Under the pieces are notes generated by a model. The model saw only the letters and a list, made by a program, of their open reading frames with translations. It was not told where the DNA came from and did not search any database. Made by a program: the position numbers and the translations under genes. 64,000 nucleotides of DNA. Source: a virus. Its lineage: Duplodnaviria; Caudoviricetes. The stretch is from IMG/VR virus record IMGVR_UViG_3300021979_000004, positions 32,001 through 96,000 of that record. One strand, 5' to 3'. Shown here in pieces: positions 1 through 6,312 of the stretch (position 1 is the stretch's first letter; every line of letters begins with the position of its first letter).

Positions 1-32
1 TGTAGTTTATACCAAGCGTGTAGCTCCTGACG

Positions 33-57
33 TGCCTGTTCTTTAACAGGCATTTTT
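33..57 (+). terminator. Rho-independent terminator-like hairpin; overlaps a boxA-like TGTTCTTTAACA (38-49)
   Basis: TGCCTGTT/AACAGGCA 8-bp stem followed by TTTTT. Confidence 0.55.
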
Positions 58-70
58 ATAAAGGTGTTTT

Positions 71-397
71 ATGTTCTTTAGAAATAAATCAAAAGAAAGT
101 TCCAAGAAGACTATTGATAAAAGTCTTCCTAGTGCAGAAAGTGCTAGGAATAGAACATTTGCTGTTCGACGTAAAGAGAGTGATGACAAAGATCGTTATC
201 GTCGTGGTGGAATGACAGTAAAAGAAGCTATCCAATATCGAATAGAATTGGGTGAGTTTGACTGCACGGTTGACGTATCCGGTAAAGATTATGATGAACT
301 TAAACATCTTTGTTGGGCAAATGGTTACAAAATTCGTATTGGTGTCATGGCGGGTACTGGTGATGATGCTCAAATAACAGCTAGAATTTCATGGTGA
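71..397 (+). CDS. hypothetical protein
   Basis: 108-aa ORF, AAGGTG RBS, tiles with the next ORF. Confidence 0.75.
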   Translation: MFFRNKSKESSKKTIDKSLPSAESARNRTFAVRRKESDDKDRYRRGGMTVKEAIQYRIELGEFDCTVDVSGKDYDELKHLCWANGYKIRIGVMAGTGDDAQITARISW

Positions 398-401
398 ATT
401 T

Positions 402-893
402 ATGGATAAGTCTTTGATATTTTTTGGGTTTAATGTTTATGGTGAAACTAAACCTATGAATCTAGAAAAAGCGTCTATGTATATCAAAGCAATTATTGAT
501 GATATTGTGAAAGATGCTAAAGCTAAAACCGAACAGCTTTCTTTTTCTGAATATGGTCATATACATCCAATTGAATTTGAAGTACATAAAGCATCAGGGA
601 AGAAAAATCTTATAACTATTGGAACCTTTGCTTTTGTTTGTAATGATATCGAAAGCTTCAGAAAACTCAAGCTTATGCTCCCAGAAAAAAATATTAAAAA
701 GGTGAAGATTGATGCTAACTATTTTGAGGTTGTGCATCATAATAGTTTGAATATGGCTAGGTTGCCAGAAAGGAATAATCATATTGTTCGTATACGGTAT
801 GAAAGCTCTTTGAAGACTAATGATAAAAGATTTAATACATTTTATAACTGTGAGAATAATAAAGTGGGTAATGGATTTGCAACAGTTCTTTAA
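402..893 (+). CDS. hypothetical protein with KLK-motif variant (FAFVCNDIESFRKLKLMLP)
   Basis: 163-aa ORF; motif resembles that of the 32.6-39.5 kb array. Confidence 0.75.
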   Translation: MDKSLIFFGFNVYGETKPMNLEKASMYIKAIIDDIVKDAKAKTEQLSFSEYGHIHPIEFEVHKASGKKNLITIGTFAFVCNDIESFRKLKLMLPEKNIKKVKIDANYFEVVHHNSLNMARLPERNNHIVRIRYESSLKTNDKRFNTFYNCENNKVGNGFATVL

Positions 894-900
894 AAGAGTA

Positions 901-929
901 TTGACATCGCCTTTGTAGTTCTGTAAAAT
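901..929 (+). promoter_or_regulatory. sigma70-type promoter
   Basis: TTGACA-17 bp-TAAAAT. Confidence 0.85.
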
Positions 930-937
930 TGTTAAAA

Positions 938-1051
938 TAGATACTGTGCGCGGACCCATGTTTGGGCAGGCTGGATGAACTTCTGGCCTTGACGGTTTAA
1001 TTCCGAGGCCGTGTATGACATTTGTGAGTGGATTGGGCAAGGCAGTATCTA
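938..1051 (+). ncRNA. structured 5' leader or small RNA, family unknown
   Basis: Closing stem TAGATACTG/CAGTATCTA; internal GGCCT-TGA-CGG..CCG-AGGCC hairpin; begins at the predicted TSS. Confidence 0.6.
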
Positions 1052-1072
1052 CCAAACTATTATGGGGATTCT

Positions 1073-1396
1073 ATGGCTACTAAACAGAAAGTACTCAAAG
1101 AACTTGAAAAGAAAGCTCCCGGTGCAACTTTGGTCATCATTGACGAAGGACTTAGCTTTCAGGCTCAGCTAGACGCTCCTGAAGGGCATCATTGGGAACT
1201 TGAGACTCATACTATGTGTGCACCCGAATGGTACACAGGACCGCGCTCAGAGTATTGGGACATGATTCTAGAAATGATCGATGAACTCCCACGTGCGGTT
1301 CCCTGCTCAGAAGAACATCCATGTGAAGGTATTACTGAATTTGGAGCATGTGAATTCTGGGATGAAGAAGATCGTGAACTGTTTCAACTCCATTGA
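1073..1396 (+). CDS. hypothetical acidic protein
   Basis: ATG 1073 with GGGGA RBS (the track's GTG 1028 start lies inside the RNA structure). Confidence 0.75.
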   Translation: MATKQKVLKELEKKAPGATLVIIDEGLSFQAQLDAPEGHHWELETHTMCAPEWYTGPRSEYWDMILEMIDELPRAVPCSEEHPCEGITEFGACEFWDEEDRELFQLH

Positions 1397-1405
1397 GGAT
1401 TGCTG

Positions 1406-1504
1406 ATGATTAAAAAAGCGTTTTTGTTACTGATATTCGTTCCGATTGGACTTTTCCTTATCGGGTATGTAAAATGGAAAAAATACAAAATTAAGAGGAA
1501 TTGA
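1406..1504 (+). CDS. small membrane peptide (MIKKAFLLLIFVPIGLFLIGYVKWKKYKIKRN)
   Basis: Read manually; GAGG RBS; hydrophobic stretch with basic tail; below the track cutoff. Confidence 0.6.
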   Translation: MIKKAFLLLIFVPIGLFLIGYVKWKKYKIKRN

Positions 1505-1505
1505 T

Positions 1506-1814
1506 ATGCAAGCGTTTCTGTCTTTTATGCTCATTATGAGTCTTTACTGTAGTGTATTTGTAATTGGTGGACCAATGCTTATGCTTGAAGCATGTTCAGA
1601 TGGAGAAATGTTCGGACGTGGTTGTGAAATGGCAGATAACTATGGTGAAGCATATATGGTAGCAGCCTTTGCTTGGATCATGGGTTCTATTCCGCTTGGA
1701 ATCTTTGTGATGTTTATCTATACACTTAGTCGTTCTATTTATGAAGCATATCAAAAACGTAAAGTGGAAAAGGAAATTGAGAAAAATAAACCTAAGTATT
1801 CTTGGGAAGAGTAA
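1506..1814 (+). CDS. predicted two-TM membrane protein
   Basis: 102-aa ORF, GAGG RBS, two hydrophobic segments. Confidence 0.75.
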   Translation: MQAFLSFMLIMSLYCSVFVIGGPMLMLEACSDGEMFGRGCEMADNYGEAYMVAAFAWIMGSIPLGIFVMFIYTLSRSIYEAYQKRKVEKEIEKNKPKYSWEE

Positions 1815-1829
1815 GTTTTGTTTTGGTGT

Positions 1830-1915
1830 GTGATCGCCTAACGTAAACGCGAAAGCGGGGCGCACGTGAGGTTGCTTTAGTTGCCCTATTTAGGTGGCCG
1901 CGTGTAGACTATCAC
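1830..1915 (+). ncRNA. three-stem structured RNA with c-di-GMP-I (GEMM)-like P2 hairpin
   Basis: GTAAAC-GC-GAAA-GC-GGGGCGCA; P1 GTGAT/ATCAC; long P3 hairpin; ligand-pocket positions not conserved. Confidence 0.45.
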
Positions 1916-1919
1916 TTTA

Positions 1920-1994
1920 CTGACAATGGTGGGGGTTCGATTCCCTCAGTTGGGCTTCTAGCTGTATTTGGTTAAGAGCGGTTGTCAGGCACCA
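1920..1994 (+). ncRNA. circularly permuted tRNA-like element (T-arm before D-arm), YrlA/Y-RNA-like topology
   Basis: CTGACAAT/GTTGTCAG 8-bp closing stem; GGGGG-TTCGATT-CCCTC T-arm, then TAGCT..GG..AGAGC D-arm-like segment. Confidence 0.5.
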
Positions 1995-2008
1995 TTTTTA
2001 TTTCAAGG

Positions 2009-2090
2009 TTTTGGGGTATGTGCCAAGAACGCTTAGCGATGGTGGTGCGGATAATTTAATATCTTAATGGGTTCAACTCCCATCCCAAAA
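2009..2090 (+). pseudogene. degenerate tRNA-like element
   Basis: TTTTGGG/CCCAAAA acceptor, ATGGG-TTCAACT-CCCAT T-arm, 6-nt anticodon-like loop, no CCA. Confidence 0.5.
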
Positions 2091-2094
2091 TTAG

Positions 2095-2177
2095 TTTCCA
2101 CTGGTGAGCGTTGATGGAGAGGTCAGGGGATATACCCATAGAGGTGTTAGGGCTGGTGAGAGGCCAGTTAGTGGAAA
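2095..2177 (+). ncRNA. structured RNA, unknown
   Basis: TTTCCACT/AGTGGAAA closing stem; internal GGG-ATATA-CCC and CTGG..CCAG hairpins. Confidence 0.4.
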
Positions 2178-2196
2178 TATAATTTAAAGGTAAATT

Positions 2197-2634
2197 ATGA
2201 TTAACGATGAAGCGTTACAAAAACAATTGTTAGATAAGATTAAAGAACTTGAAATCTTAAATGATTCAGTTGCGCCTACCAACCTTCGTCATCACATTAG
2301 TGAAACGGTTGTTAGGCTTAGACAAGATATCAATAACTTCGATCAAGAACGTGACGAGGGGAATAGAAAACTCTTTGATCCCGAAGTTGTTGTAGCAAAT
2401 AAGTATATTGACCTTTTAGAAAGTTATGATATAACTTATGAAAAAGATGAAAATAATCCTACGTCACATCCACATTTACTATGGATGCTATATGAGATTA
2501 GGCTTGATCGATACATGACTCACACTAAAAAGAATAGATGGTTGGGTTATGTTCAAGGGTGCTTGGTAAAAGATGGGCTGATTGATGTAGAAGATGAAAG
2601 AAACGAAACTAGAAATATTTTTAAAGGAAGATGA
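2197..2634 (+). CDS. hypothetical protein
   Basis: 145-aa ORF with AAGG RBS; C-terminal KKNRWLGYVQGCL segment. Confidence 0.8.
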   Translation: MINDEALQKQLLDKIKELEILNDSVAPTNLRHHISETVVRLRQDINNFDQERDEGNRKLFDPEVVVANKYIDLLESYDITYEKDENNPTSHPHLLWMLYEIRLDRYMTHTKKNRWLGYVQGCLVKDGLIDVEDERNETRNIFKGR

Positions 2635-2640
2635 AAAGTC

Positions 2641-2669
2641 TTTACACACTGCTTAACTGTCTGTATAAT
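2641..2669 (+). promoter_or_regulatory. sigma70-type promoter
   Basis: TTTACA-17-TATAAT. Confidence 0.75.
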
Positions 2670-2703
2670 GGTTTTAAATAAACTCACTATTACGAGGCAC
2701 ATT

Positions 2704-2916
2704 ATGTCTAGGAAAGTACATGCCGAAATTGAATATGTAGATCAACATGGTAACAAAATTCATTCAGACATCTGCCCGAGGAATTGTGATAGCTCCAATC
2801 TCTCAGATAAAGAGTATCGTCAGTTCTTACATGATTGCCTTGATGAGTGGTTAGATAAGTCTGAAGGATCATGTGGATTTTACATCAAAGATGAAAACTA
2901 TGAGTTCGATCATTAA
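2704..2916 (+). CDS. hypothetical protein
   Basis: ATG 2704 with GAGG RBS, in the frame of track ORF 2668..2916. Confidence 0.7.
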   Translation: MSRKVHAEIEYVDQHGNKIHSDICPRNCDSSNLSDKEYRQFLHDCLDEWLDKSEGSCGFYIKDENYEFDH

Positions 2917-2942
2917 GTAATAAAAAAAGTTTGAAAAAGTTA

Positions 2943-3007
2943 TTGACGAACCATAAATAACTCATTATAATGGTTCCATAAATTAAGGAAACGTTCTTTA
3001 AAAACTG
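2943..3007 (+). promoter_or_regulatory. sigma70 promoter plus boxA-like antitermination site for the tRNA operon
   Basis: TTGACG-17-TATAAT; CGTTCTTTAAAAACTG at 2992-3007. Confidence 0.8.
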
Positions 3008-3024
3008 ATAGAATATTTTTATTT

Positions 3025-3110
3025 GGAGAGGTTCCCGAGCGGTCAAAGGGATCAGACTGTAAATCTGACGCGAACATGCTTCGGAGGTTCGAATCCTCCC
3101 CTCTCCACCA
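3025..3110 (+). tRNA. trnY: tRNA-Tyr (GUA)
   Basis: Full cloverleaf, long variable arm, anticodon loop CT-GTA-AA, TTCGAAT T-loop, encoded CCA. Confidence 0.97.
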
Positions 3111-3127
3111 AATTTATTGGAGTTAAT

Positions 3128-3250
3128 ATGAACTGGAAATGTTTTATCCTTGGTCACAAGAAAGTTTTGCAAACCGGTGGCGACCCTAATGGTTCAAAGC
3201 CAGAATGCTTACATAGATGTGAACGCTGTGGTGAAATATTAATCAGTTAA
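3128..3250 (+). CDS. small Cys/His-rich protein (MNWKCFILGH...CERCG)
   Basis: ATG 3128 with GGAG RBS; zinc-ribbon-like residues. Confidence 0.65.
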   Translation: MNWKCFILGHKKVLQTGGDPNGSKPECLHRCERCGEILIS

Positions 3251-3261
3251 TATTAATTCCT

Positions 3262-3368
3262 TGACTTATAGCAATCTAGGGTTCGACGCTCTAGTGGAGG
3301 CTTAAAAACGCCTTGACTGCGGCCTATAGCCCAATACGCTATTCAATTGTTGAAATTGCTATAAGTCA
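3262..3368 (+). ncRNA. structured RNA closed by a 14-bp stem, with a T-loop-like hairpin
   Basis: TGACTTATAGCAAT/ATTGCTATAAGTCA; CTAGGGTTCGACGCTCTAG hairpin. Confidence 0.55.
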
Positions 3369-3377
3369 TTTTATTAT

Positions 3378-3452
3378 CGCGGGGTAGAGCAGTCTGGTAA
3401 GCTCGTCTGGCTCATAACCAGAAGGTCGGGGGTTCAAATCCCTCTCCCGCAA
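3378..3452 (+). tRNA. trnM: tRNA-Met (CAU), initiator-type; CCA not encoded
   Basis: CGCGGGG start with C1:A72 mismatch, anticodon loop CT-CAT-AA, TTCAAAT T-loop. Confidence 0.9.
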
Positions 3453-3465
3453 ATTCAGGGGTAAT

Positions 3466-3951
3466 ATGAAAATAACAACATTAGAAGATATAAAGTCTAG
3501 ATTACTAGGCAAGATTGAAATCAATAATGAGTGTTGGGAGTGGCAAGGTGCTACAAACAATCACGGTTATGGCACTATGAAGATCACAAACCTACAGGGT
3601 AGTGATGAAGGAAGAAAAACATGTTATGTTCACAGAATGTCATACCTGTGTCATAATAATGAATTGCCAAGTGATCAGCTTGTTTGTCATACTTGCGACA
3701 ATCCTATTTGTATTAACCCCGACCACTTATTTTTAGGATCAAATCAGGATAATATGAATGATATGAAATCTAAAAATAGGCAGGGAACTAATAACACCAT
3801 TCATTATGGGAATAACCATGCTGGAAAGAAAGTTATAGCTGATGGAATTGAATATAAATCATTTTCAGAAGCTGGACGTGCATTAGGTGTTTCTTGTACA
3901 ATGATTCGTAAAAGAGTCAAGAATGGTGTAAAAGGCTATAAAAAGCTTTAA
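3466..3951 (+). CDS. HNH homing endonuclease (I-HmuI/Mob-like, C-terminal DNA-binding tail)
   Basis: CWEW..YG..VHRMSY..VCHTCDNPICINPDHL..GSNQDNMND motif. Confidence 0.92.
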   Translation: MKITTLEDIKSRLLGKIEINNECWEWQGATNNHGYGTMKITNLQGSDEGRKTCYVHRMSYLCHNNELPSDQLVCHTCDNPICINPDHLFLGSNQDNMNDMKSKNRQGTNNTIHYGNNHAGKKVIADGIEYKSFSEAGRALGVSCTMIRKRVKNGVKGYKKL

Positions 3952-3980
3952 CGTAGATCGTGTGTCTGCATAAAACAAAA

Positions 3981-4247
3981 TTCCATTCAATTGCTAACGT
4001 GGTGTTCACCTTAGTTAACATTGGAAGTGTTAGTAGGCACCATCTTTTAGCTTAGGTTTCTGGGACGCTTGCATTTTATAGATAAAATAGTAGGCCATCC
4101 CCATACTAAGCTGCGAATCCGAAGTACCGTTGACCAAACGTTTTAAAGAAAAATAGTAGTCATCAAACGTCATATCGGAAACGCTAGGCTATGTCCTGAC
4201 TCGTGCGAACCATACTAGATTTGGCAATCAGAGCGATTAGGATGGAG
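3981..4247 (+). ncRNA. ~270-nt multi-stem structured RNA, unknown
   Basis: No ORF; nested stems 3993-4051 capped by a GGAA tetraloop; TCCATT/GATGGA and TTGCTA/TGGCAA long-range pairs. Confidence 0.45.
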
Positions 4248-4302
4248 GTTAATAAAATTTGACAAGAATATCTCTAGCTAAAAAAAGTTTTTCTCAAAGT
4301 GC

Positions 4303-4368
4303 TTGACACTGAATTCGAATGACCTTATAATGGTTACAGAAGTTGAGGAAAACGCTCTTTAAAAACTG
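4303..4368 (+). promoter_or_regulatory. sigma70 promoter plus boxA-like site driving the ncRNA cassette
   Basis: TTGACA-17-TATAAT; CGCTCTTTAAAAACTG at 4353-4368. Confidence 0.85.
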
Positions 4369-4371
4369 AAT

Positions 4372-5281
4372 AGCTTTGGTACTCGCTTGACCGTCCCGAT
4401 AGTAAGAGCAAAGGTCATAAATCATTGCCACCAAAGCTTTTTGCCCATAGGCTTACTCACCTATGTTACAGGCGCGGTAACCAATCCGAAGAGTAAGAGT
4501 TACGAGAGTATATAGGCATGGTCCTTTTTCATCATGTGAAATTCCTATCAAGTAAGGGTCATGACCTATATACTCTCAACGACCGATGGCACCCTTGGAC
4601 TAGCTCATCCATGTTACAGGTGCGGTATCCAGCCCGAAGAGCTACCGAATTTTCTAACCAAGGTTTGGCGTAATATGGCCTTGGTTCTAAAAACCACAAG
4701 TGTCTGTTTTTTCCTCCTTTGTCGGACACGCTACCAGTGGGTACAGGGGATAGAGGTTCACCCTGAAGTGGGTATACAGGACAAATATTTAGTTTCTGTC
4801 TCCGGTCCTGTATACCTAAACTTATTTGCCGAAAACCTGTAGACGGTTCTTTGCAGTTGTCCGTCAATAACCGCAGGGTAAGGGGTATTGTGGTTCACCC
4901 CAAATGTTTTGCCTAATGGGTTGTAAATAATATAATTACAATACATTAAGAAGTAGAGGTGAGGTTATGTATACAGGTCATTCCTGTGTGTAGGTTGAAC
5001 TCCTGCTAACCAACACCCTCTGCGACAAGTTTATAACCATGGGAATAAGACCTCTGCAAGCAAGTCCATCTGTGAAATCTCGTAGGAGAAGCGACGGTGA
5101 GGAACCTACGGAAGTGAGTAACATACATGGTTAAAGTTTTGTGCATATGGGTTTGAATTGTTTTTAAAACTTTAAATATCTAATCTAATTTCTCCATTAG
5201 GTTTCCATATGCACAATTTATTATGTACCTGACCGATCCTCTTGGTGCCCTCCGTCTCAGCATAACCAATGGTCAGGTACA
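4372..5281 (+). ncRNA. cassette of back-to-back structured RNA modules (one large ncRNA or an sRNA array)
   Basis: Perfect 9-13-bp stems at 4372-4438, 4504-4577, 4771-4816, 5139-5216 and 5224-5281; no credible ORF. Confidence 0.65.
4453..4644 (+). repeat. two copies of a 44-nt structured motif (4453-4496 and 4601-4644)
   Basis: Core AyCyATGTTACAGGyGCGGTAwCCAryCCGAA; closing stems TTACTC/GAGTAA vs TAGCTC/GAGCTA (compensatory changes). Confidence 0.8.
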
Positions 5282-5289
5282 GTTTTTAT

Positions 5290-5431
5290 GCGTCGTAGGA
5301 CTGCCGGAATTGGACTACAGTCATCAATGGTCTTCTTCTGGGGTGTCTGAACGTTTATAGTGATTAGAGATAGATGACTCAATACTCAACTCATTATAAA
5401 CCTCCCTGTTCGACTCGGGGGCGACGAGCCA
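5290..5431 (+). ncRNA. 142-nt tRNA-like RNA with CCA end and oversized central arms
   Basis: CGTCGT/GCGACG acceptor, GACTG/CAGTC D-like stem, CCCTG-TTCGACT-CGGGG T-arm, 11-bp extra arm, 3' GCCA. Confidence 0.6.
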
Positions 5432-5437
5432 ACTTCA

Positions 5438-5507
5438 AGTCGGGTAGCTCAGATGAATAGAGCGCGTCACTGATAAGGACGAGGCCGGTAGTCACTACCC
5501 CCGAATT
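5438..5507 (+). pseudogene. degenerate tRNA-Ile (GAU) with 3-nt T-loop
   Basis: TAGCTCAG..TAGAGC D-arm, anticodon loop CT-GAT-AA, T-stem GGTAG/CTACC with loop TCA, no CCA. Confidence 0.7.
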
Positions 5508-5517
5508 AAAAAATTAT

Positions 5518-5594
5518 GGTGCTGTTGCTTGCTGATCACAAGTAGGGAATATACTGATCTAGACAGGAGTGGGTTCGAATCCCATCCAGTGCCA
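5518..5594 (+). pseudogene. degenerate tRNA-like element
   Basis: GGTGCTG/CAGTGCC acceptor, GTGGG-TTCGAAT-CCCAT T-arm, non-canonical D and anticodon regions. Confidence 0.5.
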
Positions 5595-5598
5595 ACCG

Positions 5599-6312
5599 AA
5601 TTGAGTATGAATATCTATTGGTTTTGATATTTTCTTATTGTATCGATATGTTTATATGCTAGGTTTATAAAATAGTCAGAAGAAATGCCTATGTTAGAAA
5701 CGAATTCTTTTTCTGAAATTTCTTCATCAGTATCATCATAAAGGGTTGATCCTATATCATCGAACCGAATAGCATATTTATTTTTATCACTGAATACATA
5801 AATTAAAACGAATTTGTCTTTTTTAAAATATTCATTCCAATCATCAGGTGAGTATGATGAAGTGCACCATTTTGTTGATCTTCCATAGTACTTGCTAGCT
5901 GAATGATTAAGAGGCACAATTGCGAATAAATTGCCATTATTATATAAAATTATTTTATTAGATTTCTCTTTCTTTTTTTGTTGACGATTAGATTCTTTAT
6001 GTCGGTTCTTATCAACATAATCAACGAATGAATTCCATCCTTCCTTTACCCAATAGGATATATCCTTATGATCTATGAGTTGTTTTTGGGATAATTTTTT
6101 AAATGTTTCTATATAATCTTTAACTAAAGACTCGTCATTATTTTTAGAAAATATCCTATAAGCATCTTTGTAAGACTCAAATAATATTAAATCTGTTATT
6201 TTCATCATATAATCCTTGATTATTATCTAATGTATGATACTATTTATTTAAGAGAGAACCTTTCAAACCTAGATAATAACAGGGCTAGGCTCTCAAAAAA
6301 TTGAGTATGAAT
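5599..6312. repeat. 14-bp direct repeat AATTGAGTATGAAT at 5599-5612 and 6299-6312
   Basis: Exact duplication bracketing the inverted gene. Confidence 0.85.
5615..6208 (-). CDS. late protein with MKITDLILFE N-terminus and ASKYYGRSTKWCTS motif (PcfJ-like WC domain, tentative)
   Basis: 197-aa ORF; upstream TAAATA on the minus strand (6241-6250); flanked by a 14-bp direct repeat. Confidence 0.8.
   Translation of the reverse strand: MMKITDLILFESYKDAYRIFSKNNDESLVKDYIETFKKLSQKQLIDHKDISYWVKEGWNSFVDYVDKNRHKESNRQQKKKEKSNKIILYNNGNLFAIVPLNHSASKYYGRSTKWCTSSYSPDDWNEYFKKDKFVLIYVFSDKNKYAIRFDDIGSTLYDDTDEEISEKEFVSNIGISSDYFINLAYKHIDTIRKYQNQ

Noticed and set aside
4453-4644. Type III antitoxin (ToxI-like) mimic identity for the 44-nt repeats
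   Set aside because: Only a short CAGGYG resemblance; the copies are not in tandem and no cognate toxin is known, so it is kept only as an unassigned motif.
4559-4946. Track ORFs 4559..4867(-), 4561..4842(+) and 4758..4946(-)
   Set aside because: No RBS, atypical amino-acid composition, and they overlap dense RNA hairpins with compensatory changes; these are shadow ORFs of a non-coding region.
3951-5300. tmRNA, RNase P RNA, group I intron or hammerhead ribozyme
   Set aside because: I looked for GGGGC..TCCACCA with a tag frame, GAGGAAAGUCC, P7-type cores and CUGAnGA/GAAA junctions and found none convincingly. A covariance-model search is needed to exclude remote variants.
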